NCBI GenBank assembly: GCA_948465565.1
Contig: CAOJXR010000002.1
Span: 163,065 to 227,064 of the forward strand
DNA length: 64,000 nucleotides
DNA from: an uncultured Clostridium sp.
GTDB lineage: Bacteria; Bacillota; Clostridia; TANB77; CAG-508
Direction of reading: 5' to 3'
Part shown: positions 32,565-41,117 of the stretch, in pieces
Numbering within the stretch: the first letter of the stretch is position 1
How the letters are laid out: the number at the start of each line of letters is the position of its first letter
Program-made: the position numbers and the translations under genes
Notes under the pieces: generated by a model
Databases searched by the model: none
The model's input: only the letters and a program-made list of their open reading frames with translations
Told to the model about the DNA's origin: nothing

Positions 32565-33098
32565 ATGATTTTATTTGACTTGCCTGTTTATCAATTTATT
32601 ATGTCTATTTTTCCTGTAAGTATGTCTATGACTGTTATTATGAAAATGATTACAACACTTGGTTCTAGTATAGTAATTGTTGCTGGTTTAATTTCGGTAG
32701 CAGTTTTGATTAGAGATAAAAAATATTTCAAGATTTTTGTTTTTGCAAATTTATTAGCAATAATTTTAAATAATATAATTAAATTAATCGTACATCGTCC
32801 TAGGCCTTCTAATACAATGACTTTGGCTGTTGAAACATCTTATAGTTTTCCTAGTGGTCATTCTATGATGTCTATGGTTTTTTATGGATTAGTTATTTAT
32901 TATGTTAGAAAATTTGTAAAGAAAAAATGGATTAGTAATTTATTGACAGTTGTTCTTTCTCTTGTTATTTTAGCTGTTGGTATTACTAGAATATACTTAG
33001 GCGTACATTATGCTACAGATGTTTTGGCTGCATATGTATTTGGGTTTATTTATTTGTTTGTGTTTATAAAGTTTTTAGAGAAACTTGAAAGTAAATAA
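32565..33098 (+). CDS. PAP2-family membrane phosphatase (BcrC / undecaprenyl-diphosphatase-like)
   Basis: KxxxxxxRP, PSGHS and RIYLGVHYATDV acid-phosphatase motifs within a 4-5 TM protein. Confidence 0.8.
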   Translation: MILFDLPVYQFIMSIFPVSMSMTVIMKMITTLGSSIVIVAGLISVAVLIRDKKYFKIFVFANLLAIILNNIIKLIVHRPRPSNTMTLAVETSYSFPSGHSMMSMVFYGLVIYYVRKFVKKKWISNLLTVVLSLVILAVGITRIYLGVHYATDVLAAYVFGFIYLFVFIKFLEKLESK

Positions 33099-33112
33099 TA
33101 TACAACATAGAT

Positions 33113-33272
33113 AAGCAGATAAACAGAAAATAAGACAATATTTATACCTTGCGGGTCGCAATCTTCTGTCTCCTAGGTGTTAGGAAGATTGCTCCATTTC
33201 GCACTCGGCGCTCCGCCTCGTTTGGTCGTTGCGCAGTATATAATATTGTCTTATTTTCTGTTTATCAGCCTT
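33113..33272. repeat. ~155-bp element with 25-30-bp terminal inverted repeats (gataaacagaaaataagacaatatt) enclosing a GC-rich, internally self-complementary ~100-nt core; MITE-like or structured intergenic element between convergent genes
   Basis: Perfect 25-bp arms at 33117-33143 and 33243-33269; core contains nested hairpin gcaatcttc...tcctaggtgttagga...gaagattgc and palindrome ttgcgggtcgcaa. Confidence 0.5.
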
Positions 33273-33274
33273 TT

Positions 33275-34027
33275 CTATCTTTCCCAATAATTTGATGGAT
33301 TAACTGTTTCTCCATCTTTTTTCATTTCAAAATGTAGGTGTGCTTCGTCAGCTATTTCAAATGCTGCATTATCTCCTACAGAGCCTATAGTTTGTCCTTT
33401 TTCAACTTCTTGCTGTTCGGCAACGAATTCTGCTGATAAAAGGTTTGAGTATATAGTTTTATATCCATTTTCATGTGCTATAGTTACTGTTAGCCCATAT
33501 CTAGGGTCATTTTTTATTGATTCCACAGTTCCTTGTTCTGATGCTGATACTGCACTTCCTTTTTCTGCTTTTATATCTATTCCTAAATGTACAGTCCATT
33601 CTTCTAATGTCTCTGAATATACTAAACTTGAATCAGAAAAGTCTTTTGTAATTTCTCCTTGTAGTGGAGCGATAAAATGTAGTTCTACTTTTTTAGGTTC
33701 TTCTACAACTGGTGTAGGTTCTGGTGCTGTTTGATTAGTATTGTTATTTTGATTAGATATTTCATTTAATGTATTTACAGCAATTTTATTTTCTTCATTA
33801 TTTTGTACTTCGTTTATTGTCTTATCTTCTGTTGTACTTACTATTGTTGCATCTGATGGTGTGTTCTCAATCTCTGCAATTCTCTTATCTGCATCTTGCT
33901 TTGTTTTTAAAATAGAAAGTGCAAAAATTATAACTATTAATGCTATCATTGCACCAATTCCACTTATATAAAGAATTCTTTTCTTATTTTCTGATGATAT
34001 ATCCTCATATCTTCTTCCTTTGCTCAT
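33275..34027 (-). CDS. M23-family (LytM-like) peptidoglycan endopeptidase, membrane-anchored; sporulation-associated by context
   Basis: HLGIDIKA...GYKTIYSNL...AHLHFEM M23 zinc motifs; immediately downstream of spoIID. Confidence 0.75.
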   Translation of the reverse strand: MSKGRRYEDISSENKKRILYISGIGAMIALIVIIFALSILKTKQDADKRIAEIENTPSDATIVSTTEDKTINEVQNNEENKIAVNTLNEISNQNNNTNQTAPEPTPVVEEPKKVELHFIAPLQGEITKDFSDSSLVYSETLEEWTVHLGIDIKAEKGSAVSASEQGTVESIKNDPRYGLTVTIAHENGYKTIYSNLLSAEFVAEQQEVEKGQTIGSVGDNAAFEIADEAHLHFEMKKDGETVNPSNYWER

Positions 34028-34090
34028 AATTCCCTCCTATAATTTATTGTTATTACAAGTATTTACATTTTTTCAAAAAATATACGAGGG

Positions 34091-35107
34091 TTACTTTATA
34101 TTTTTTATCTCAATGTCTTTATAAAAATGCTGTATTATTTCTTTATAATTTTTTCCTTGTTTTGCTAAAGTATTACTTCCTGTTTGACTCATTCCAACAC
34201 CGTGTCCATAACCAACTACACTAAACTTTACTTTTTCATTATTATTTTCTATTGTAAAGTTTGTTGACCTTAATTCAAAGATTTTTCTTGCCTCGACTCC
34301 TGATATATTTTTGTTTCCAACTTTCAATGTTCTTATTCTTGAACTTTCTGTATACTCTAAAATTGAAATTGCATTTTCTTCTGACCAATTTATTTGGAAA
34401 TCATTATAGTTTTGTTTCATTTTCTCTTCAATTTCAATATATGTGTATTCTTTTTCTGAGTAAAATTGAGAATATTCATCTTCTCCACTTGTTTCTACTA
34501 CTTGCAAATATGGAAAATTACTTCCTCCCCATACGTTTACAGGTATTTCAGTCGTTCCTCCACTGTTTGAGTGGAAAAATGCGTCTATTGGTTTTCCTTG
34601 ATATGTAATTATATCTCCAGCAGTTGAATACACTGCTTTCCTTATCTTTTCCCATTTCTCGTCTTGATTTTCTTTCCAAGCTTCATATCTTTTTTCTTTT
34701 GTTATCCATGCTTGGCAACAGCTTGAACTATCGCACATATCTGCTTCTTGATGTTTTTTACTATTTTCAATTTGATATAGTGTGTATGTTCTTGCAACTG
34801 TTGCTTGTGCTTTTAGTGCTTCTTCCTCGTAATCCACAGGCATTTCAGCTGAAACAACATTTACTAGGTAATCATCTAATGAAATTGTTTCAACTGCGCC
34901 AGTAGATGTATGTAAAAGAGTAATATTCTTATATTTTGCATTGTAATCAATTTCTGGTTCTTTCGCTTGTGTAGTTTGCTCGTCTACTTTATTTTCTAAT
35001 GCAAATTTTTTTGTAAAAGCTATTGGCAATATAAAAAAAGAAACAATGATTAGCGTTAGAAAAAATATTGAATAATTTTTTATTTGAAAATTCCTTATAT
35101 CTCTCAA
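34091..35107 (-). CDS. spoIID: stage II sporulation protein D (lytic transglycosylase SpoIID)
   Basis: AQATVARTY, FHSNSGGTTE, GYGHGVGMSQTGS SpoIID signatures. Confidence 0.85.
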   Translation of the reverse strand: MRDIRNFQIKNYSIFFLTLIIVSFFILPIAFTKKFALENKVDEQTTQAKEPEIDYNAKYKNITLLHTSTGAVETISLDDYLVNVVSAEMPVDYEEEALKAQATVARTYTLYQIENSKKHQEADMCDSSSCCQAWITKEKRYEAWKENQDEKWEKIRKAVYSTAGDIITYQGKPIDAFFHSNSGGTTEIPVNVWGGSNFPYLQVVETSGEDEYSQFYSEKEYTYIEIEEKMKQNYNDFQINWSEENAISILEYTESSRIRTLKVGNKNISGVEARKIFELRSTNFTIENNNEKVKFSVVGYGHGVGMSQTGSNTLAKQGKNYKEIIQHFYKDIEIKNIK

Positions 35108-35823
35108 ATTTTCTCCTTTATATTCTCTCTCATTTTTAATAATATTTTCTTTTCAATTCGCGATATCTGAACTTGGCTTATACCATAGTTTGCAGCTACT
35201 TCCTTTTGCGATTTATTATAAAAATATCTTAAAATTATTATATTCCTTTCTTTCTCATTTAGTCTTGATATTTCATCTTTTAATATCATTTTCTTTATTG
35301 TTTCGTCTTCATAGCTTTCAACTTTTATTTGGTTATATAATGTATTTTCTTTTCCGTCATCACTAATCTCCTCGTCCATTGATTTTACGCCATTGTCAAG
35401 TTCCATCGCTAATAATATATTTTCTTTTGTTTCTTTTAGCTCATTTTTTATTATTTCTATATTTAGCTCTTTTCCCTGTTTTTCATATTCTCTTCGCAAA
35501 GCCTCTATTTTATAATTTAACTCTTTTAAGCTTCTACTTACTTTTACTATTCCATCATCTCTTAAAAATCTTTTTATTTCGCCTAATATGTAAGGTACGG
35601 CAAAAGTTGATAATTTTACATTATATTGTTTATCAAATTTTTTTATTGACTTTATAAGTCCTATTGCTCCAATTTGGAACAAATCTTCAGTTTCATATTT
35701 TGTGTTTTGAAATCTTTTAACTATGCTCCATATCAATCTTGCATTTCTTTCTACAATATCATTTAACTTATCTTGGTCCCCATTTTGTGCCTCTAAGATT
35801 TCGTCTATTGTAGTTTCATACAA
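35104..35823 (-). CDS. sigF: sporulation sigma factor SigF
   Basis: Sigma-70 region 2 (DLFQIGAIGLIKSIKKFD), region 3, region 4 (EVAANYGISQVQISRIEKK); last gene of spoIIAA-spoIIAB-sigF operon. Confidence 0.85.
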   Translation of the reverse strand: MYETTIDEILEAQNGDQDKLNDIVERNARLIWSIVKRFQNTKYETEDLFQIGAIGLIKSIKKFDKQYNVKLSTFAVPYILGEIKRFLRDDGIVKVSRSLKELNYKIEALRREYEKQGKELNIEIIKNELKETKENILLAMELDNGVKSMDEEISDDGKENTLYNQIKVESYEDETIKKMILKDEISRLNEKERNIIILRYFYNKSQKEVAANYGISQVQISRIEKKILLKMRENIKEKI

Positions 35824-35835
35824 AATGATTCTCTC

Positions 35836-36297
35836 CTAACTATCTAGATTATTGAACAATTCTTCTGGAGTTTTTATTGTTTTTTTCATTGTTACTTTAG
35901 TTCCTATTCCTACTATTGATTCTACTTTTACTTCATCCATAAAGCTTTCAACTATTGTGAATCCCATTCCTGACCTTTCTAGTTCTACTTTCGAAGTGTA
36001 TAGTGGCTTTCTTGCTTCTTCTATATCTTCAATTCCTTTTCCAGTATCTGAAATCTCTATTATTATTGTTCTGTCAGTTATCATGCAGTGTATTTTTATA
36101 ATTTCATCACTGGTTTCATAGGCATGTATAATTGAGTTTGTTACTATTTCTGATACAGATGTTTTAATATCTGAAATTTCTTCTATTGTAGGGTCTAATT
36201 GTGATGCAAATGCTGCAACTGCAATTCTTGCAAATGCTTCGTTGCACGATTTACTTACTATCTCCATTTTGATTTCATTATCATATTGTTTTTTCAT
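35836..36297 (-). CDS. spoIIAB: anti-sigma F factor SpoIIAB (GHKL-type serine kinase)
   Basis: HATPase_c motifs (ISDTGKGIED, GMGFTIVESFMDE); operon position. Confidence 0.85.
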   Translation of the reverse strand: MKKQYDNEIKMEIVSKSCNEAFARIAVAAFASQLDPTIEEISDIKTSVSEIVTNSIIHAYETSDEIIKIHCMITDRTIIIEISDTGKGIEDIEEARKPLYTSKVELERSGMGFTIVESFMDEVKVESIVGIGTKVTMKKTIKTPEELFNNLDS

Positions 36298-36613
36298 TTT
36301 CGACCTCCTCTATAATTGGGATTATTTTTAATACTCCAGTCATTTCAAATATTTTCTTTATATTGCTTTTTACGTTTCTCATTTCTAATTTTGCACCAAC
36401 CATTGATGCTGTTTTATATCTTCCTATTACCATTCCGATACCGGCACTATCCATAAAAAACACATTATTAAAATCAAGTATAACTCTTTTAGGATTACGT
36501 CTTTGAATTTCATAATCGGCCACCCTCCTTAAATTTTCTGCTCTGTGATGATCTATTTCTTCATCAATCTCTAAATTTAAGAGCTTGTCCTTTTCATTAA
36601 AATCTATTTTCAT
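36281..36613 (-). CDS. spoIIAA: anti-anti-sigma factor SpoIIAA (STAS domain)
   Basis: STAS fold with FFMDSAGIGMVIGRY phosphorylatable-Ser region. Confidence 0.85.
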   Translation of the reverse strand: MKIDFNEKDKLLNLEIDEEIDHHRAENLRRVADYEIQRRNPKRVILDFNNVFFMDSAGIGMVIGRYKTASMVGAKLEMRNVKSNIKKIFEMTGVLKIIPIIEEVENEKTI

Positions 36614-36801
36614 ATACTCCTCCTTTAGAAATTTATAATCTTATATTCTGCATTTTTATTCATTTTTCCTTTGACGAATTTTGGGAAGTTTTAGACATTT
36701 TTCGACATTGTCAATTTGTATATTTGAAAATATTGCTATAAAAAATACACACCAAATATTAGATTTTTCGTCTAACATTTGGTGTGTATTTTACTTCATT
36801 T

Positions 36802-37410
36802 TTACAAATTTTCTTTTATTTCTGGAAATAAACCATATAGATTATATCCTAACAAATTATCAAAAAATTCTTTTAATTTATATGTCTCTTTAACATGATA
36901 TTGTGTATTGCTATGCGCTCCTCTCCTAAGTATAAGGTCAATTAATCTTTTATCTACTGTAAATACTTTTCCTCCTGGTGGGCACATTAAATCACATAAA
37001 TTTATAATTTTTTCTTCTATTGTGTATTCATGATTTTTTACAAAGTTTGTTAGAAATGGATTTTCTGTAATATCTGGCACTCCGCCAGCAGTACAAGTAA
37101 TGTCGTTATTTAAGTATGAATGTGTTAGGCAAATATTGCAACAATCTTCATCATATCCCTTGCCTATTAAATATTCATATCCTTTTATGTCATGTTTATG
37201 TGTTTTGTCAGTGTATTTTCCAATATCATGCACATATCCTAGTGCTATTGTTTTATCTACATCTATATTATAACTTTTATCTTTTAGAGCTCCTGCAATT
37301 TTTCCTGCTGTATTTCCAACACTAACACAGTGGTCTATCCATCTATCATTTTCATTTTTTCCTCTAAAATTCTCTATTAATTGTAGTGCTTGATTAGCTG
37401 TTAATTTCAT
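36802..37410 (-). CDS. HD-domain phosphohydrolase
   Basis: H...HD motif (IDHCVSVGNTAGKIA ... GYVHDIGK). Confidence 0.65.
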   Translation of the reverse strand: MKLTANQALQLIENFRGKNENDRWIDHCVSVGNTAGKIAGALKDKSYNIDVDKTIALGYVHDIGKYTDKTHKHDIKGYEYLIGKGYDEDCCNICLTHSYLNNDITCTAGGVPDITENPFLTNFVKNHEYTIEEKIINLCDLMCPPGGKVFTVDKRLIDLILRRGAHSNTQYHVKETYKLKEFFDNLLGYNLYGLFPEIKENL

Positions 37411-37420
37411 ATTTATCTCC

Positions 37421-38860
37421 TTATGTTCCTAATTTTGTGAATAAATCTTTGTATATTTTATCTACATTTAAATAATTTACAATTGTTATTTTATGACTAT
37501 TTTCAGTAAGTTTGTATGATGTGTCGTCGTTGATTTCTGGGCAACTAATTTCTTCTGTTTCAAACCACTTTTTATTTATCATATATGCAATTACACTTAT
37601 ATCCCAAATTACTCTTCTTTCTTGAATTCCATGTACACCGTCATTGTAAAATCTTTGACATAAGTAATTGCATAATTCATTCTTTCCTTTTAAGAAATGC
37701 TCTAGTTCATATATAGAAGTTCTTAGGTTTGATGCTACATTTTTGCAAGGTATTATCGTTAATTTTACTTTTGAATCAAATACAGTTCTTACAGCTTTTA
37801 TATCTTGCTTAAAATTAAATTCTTTATTGTCTTTATTTAAGAAACTATTTCCTCCTAGCCAAATTATTTCTATTTTATCGATTATTTTTGGCTCTTTTTT
37901 TATCGCTAATGCTATGTTCGTTATTGCTCCTATTGCTAAAATATATGTTTTACTATTTTTATTTGCAATTTCAATGATTTGTTGTACTGCGTCATTTGAC
38001 TCATTGTAATTATCTTCTAAATAGTCTAGACTTCCTTTAAAAACTTTATTTGTATAGTCAAATTTCAGCCAATTACATATTTTTATAACCTCATTATAGC
38101 TCTTTTCTGTTCCCTCTTGTATAGAGATATTGTTATCATGATGATATGGCGCTATTGTAATTGCTTCGATATTAAATTTATCTTGTGATTTCAATAAATA
38201 TGCAAGTGCAAATTGGTCATCGCATTCATTGTATATATCTGTGTCTAAGATTACATTTACCTTTTGGTTATTGTCCTTTTCATTTGTATTTGCTATTTTT
38301 TCATATATTTCTTTCCAAGTAGAAACTCTTTCTAAATCTTGATTCTGCCTATTATATCTTGTGTTCATTGTAAGTACTTTTATTCCATTTGAAATTAAAT
38401 CTAAACTTATTTTTGTGCTGTCTTCAATCATGATATTAATATTATTTTCTAAGCATACTTCTGTTTTTGCGTGTTTGTCGTATGCATTTGTGAATATTAG
38501 TTGGTCATAAATGATATCATATTTTTTTAACCACTCTTTGGTTAATTCGTATGGGTTAGTATATTCACCATTATTTCTTCCTGTTATTATGTATATCTCA
38601 TGTCCATCATTTTTTAATTTTCTTATATAGCCTGGTGCATCTTCTATTGGTTTTAGCTGTTTTGCAAAATTTTCAATATTGGAATTGTAGAATTCTCTTT
38701 CTTCTTCCTCTGTCCAGTCAAACATTCCTTTTCTGAACGATTCTGGATTTTCGTTTATGATTCCAGTATTTCTCAATTCCTTATCATGTTTTAAATATCC
38801 TTTTAATAATGTGTCATCAAAATTTGATATGCAATTGTCTATGTCTATTCCTATTTTCAT
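37421..38860 (-). CDS. two-domain fusion: N-terminal 5'(3')-deoxyribonucleotidase-like HAD domain plus C-terminal inosine-uridine-preferring nucleoside hydrolase domain (longest ORF extends to 38986 via a weak TTG; ATG 38860 has a GGAG RBS)
   Basis: HAD motif I IGIDIDNCISNFDDTL at the N-terminus; IUNH-like VILDTDIYNECDDQFALAYLL aspartate cluster in the second half. Confidence 0.6.
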   Translation of the reverse strand: MKIGIDIDNCISNFDDTLLKGYLKHDKELRNTGIINENPESFRKGMFDWTEEEEREFYNSNIENFAKQLKPIEDAPGYIRKLKNDGHEIYIITGRNNGEYTNPYELTKEWLKKYDIIYDQLIFTNAYDKHAKTEVCLENNINIMIEDSTKISLDLISNGIKVLTMNTRYNRQNQDLERVSTWKEIYEKIANTNEKDNNQKVNVILDTDIYNECDDQFALAYLLKSQDKFNIEAITIAPYHHDNNISIQEGTEKSYNEVIKICNWLKFDYTNKVFKGSLDYLEDNYNESNDAVQQIIEIANKNSKTYILAIGAITNIALAIKKEPKIIDKIEIIWLGGNSFLNKDNKEFNFKQDIKAVRTVFDSKVKLTIIPCKNVASNLRTSIYELEHFLKGKNELCNYLCQRFYNDGVHGIQERRVIWDISVIAYMINKKWFETEEISCPEINDDTSYKLTENSHKITIVNYLNVDKIYKDLFTKLGT

Positions 38861-39076
38861 TTTTTCGCTCCATTTACTTTGTTTATTTGCTTGCATGTTA
38901 TCATAAATATTCTTTATTTTCAACAAACTTTGCAGAAGATTGCTTATAGTATACCTACTTTTCTTCAACCCCTGCTTTCTGTTCAATTTGCGCTTTTGTT
39001 GTTTTTATGATATACTTATTATGTTATTTAGTAACACATTATTTTATTGGGATAATTCCCAGAAAGGAAAGTTTTT

Positions 39077-40972
39077 ATGAAAAAGTTGTTTCGCAAACGG
39101 TTAATGTGTGCCTTTTGGTCGGTGCTTGCCACCGTCGCTTTGGCAATACCCATTGACTACCTGTTCCTTCCAGCAAGAAGCGTCTACTCTTCGGAATTTT
39201 GGTTCTTCATCATCCTCATGAGCGTGTTTGCTTTTAATGTAAACCGATTTCTTATCTGTCGCACTTACAAAAAGCTTCAAAAAGACGCAGCATTCCGCGA
39301 ATCCTACCGGCAAAATTTGCTCCAAAAAGTAACTGGTTGGTACAAGGAAGCAGGCATGGAAAAAATCAAGGAAGAATATCGTGCTCTTCTCCGCAAAGAG
39401 GAGAATGAATGGCACTATCTTACCTTCATCGCAAAAATTCAGCGTTGTTTCAGTCGTTACGCCTTTGCTACATTCCTTATGCTTTTTGCTACCTTAGCTG
39501 CTATACTGTGGGTTAGCCTGTCTATAAACAGTGCTCCTATATGCAATGCTAAGGCTTATGCAAACCTGCTTGAAGTTGCTGACGGCAATTTTGAGAATGA
39601 CATCATCACTGCAAACTCGGAAGATATCATCTCTGTTGATGTCACAACAGCTCAGCGCTTGGGCGACCGCGTTCTTGGTTCCATTGAAAATTCGTCTTGG
39701 TACGAAGTAAATGACGAGTATAATCTCGTTACAATCAACGGAAAAGCATACCGTATATCACCATTGGATTTTCGTAATCTGGCCACCTATTGGTCAGCAA
39801 AAACTATCCCTGGCTATGTGTTGGTGGACGCTCGTACCATGGAAGCTCAGTTCGTTGAATTTGATGAACCGATGAAGTATTCGCCTTCTGCGTGCTTTAG
39901 CAACGACTTAACTCGGCACCTTCGCAATCAGTTTCCGAGTCTCATTTTCAACAAGTCATTCTTTGAGGTTGACGATGATGGAAATCCTTATTGGATTACA
40001 CCTATTCGCACACCTGCAATAGGCGTATTCGGTGGATACCTTGAAAAAACGGTTATCATAACTGATGCCGTTTCTGGTAGCTCCGAAATCTATCCCATTG
40101 CACCTGATTGGGTGGATCATGTTCACAGTGTAAGCTACCTCATGAACCTTGTCGAGTGGCACTACAAGTATTCTAACGGTTTCCTGAACTGGTCCAACAC
40201 CAACAAGTACCACACATCCTATTCCTATAGGGATTCCAAGAAGGAGTCTTCTGAGGATAATGCGGCAAACGAGTTCACACCATTTGATGGGTACAACAGC
40301 GTGTTGTCCCCTGATGGTGAGATTCTCTTTTACACAGGCATAACACCTGCTAACCAGGCCGAAACCCTGATTGGGTTTGTTCTGATTAGCCCGAAAACCG
40401 GCGTCGCGAAGTTCTATCCGATGAGTGGCTCTGAGGAGTCGTCTGCTCAGCTCGCTGCTGAAGGGCTTGTCTCTGACTTCAAGTATTCTGCCTCTTTCCC
40501 GACAGTTGTCAATGTTGAGGGTAATGCAACCTTCTTCATGACGCTGAAGGATAAGGCGGGCATCGTTCAGGCATATTCTTTCTGCAACATGAAGCAATAT
40601 TCTACCTGCGTTCAGGCGCCTACGATTGATGAGGCCCTTCGCAAATATAAGGTTGCTCTTGGGTTGGAGGAGGACGTTCCTCTGACTGACGGTGAGCACA
40701 GCAGCGGTGTTGTGGAAGCTCCTGCGAAGTCTGAAGTTCCTGATACAACCAATTGGATGACAGTTGAAGGAACTGTCACAGAGGTAAAAGAGGCCCAAAT
40801 GGACGGCTATACCTGGTACTACTTCCGAGTGGACTCGTCTGATTTGATGATGATGTCCTCCATCGAGAATAGCTACTTGCAGCCTCTGAGCTTGGTTGAA
40901 GACGCCAGTGTTTCCCTTACCTACTCTGAGGTTGAGGGGATTGGCATGGTGAAGAAAATCTCCTTCAAGTAA
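39077..40972 (+). CDS. hypothetical large membrane-anchored protein (3 N-terminal TM helices plus ~450-aa extracytoplasmic domain) encoded on a compositionally foreign island
   Basis: Continuous 631-codon ORF with ~50% GC and GC-rich codon usage (CTG, GCC, CGC and in-frame CGG) in a ~27% GC genome; no motif recognised. Confidence 0.6.
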   Translation: MKKLFRKRLMCAFWSVLATVALAIPIDYLFLPARSVYSSEFWFFIILMSVFAFNVNRFLICRTYKKLQKDAAFRESYRQNLLQKVTGWYKEAGMEKIKEEYRALLRKEENEWHYLTFIAKIQRCFSRYAFATFLMLFATLAAILWVSLSINSAPICNAKAYANLLEVADGNFENDIITANSEDIISVDVTTAQRLGDRVLGSIENSSWYEVNDEYNLVTINGKAYRISPLDFRNLATYWSAKTIPGYVLVDARTMEAQFVEFDEPMKYSPSACFSNDLTRHLRNQFPSLIFNKSFFEVDDDGNPYWITPIRTPAIGVFGGYLEKTVIITDAVSGSSEIYPIAPDWVDHVHSVSYLMNLVEWHYKYSNGFLNWSNTNKYHTSYSYRDSKKESSEDNAANEFTPFDGYNSVLSPDGEILFYTGITPANQAETLIGFVLISPKTGVAKFYPMSGSEESSAQLAAEGLVSDFKYSASFPTVVNVEGNATFFMTLKDKAGIVQAYSFCNMKQYSTCVQAPTIDEALRKYKVALGLEEDVPLTDGEHSSGVVEAPAKSEVPDTTNWMTVEGTVTEVKEAQMDGYTWYYFRVDSSDLMMMSSIENSYLQPLSLVEDASVSLTYSEVEGIGMVKKISFK

Positions 40973-41069
40973 TTGTTCTTGTTTGACAGTCTTATTTGAC
41001 AGCTGAAAGCGACTGTATGTCGCAGCGAACCACTTTTGTGTAAACTTTTAGCTAACCCAAAACAGCGTT

Positions 41070-41100
41070 CATAAAAACGAGACAGCCGGACTCTGGTCTG
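41070..41100. terminator. GC-rich bidirectional terminator hairpin (gagacagcc...ggctgtctc) shared by the island gene and valS
   Basis: 9-bp GC-rich stem with T-runs on both strands; followed by tandem 11-bp duplication aattcattttt x2 at the valS stop. Confidence 0.6.
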
Positions 41101-41117
41101 GCTGTCTCAATTCATTT

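Noticed and set aside
39101-40798. Long minus-strand ORFs (39101-39415, 39956-40798) inside the GC-rich island
   Set aside because: High-GC sequence generates long spurious antisense ORFs; both lie wholly inside and opposite the 631-codon plus-strand gene and have no RBS or motif.
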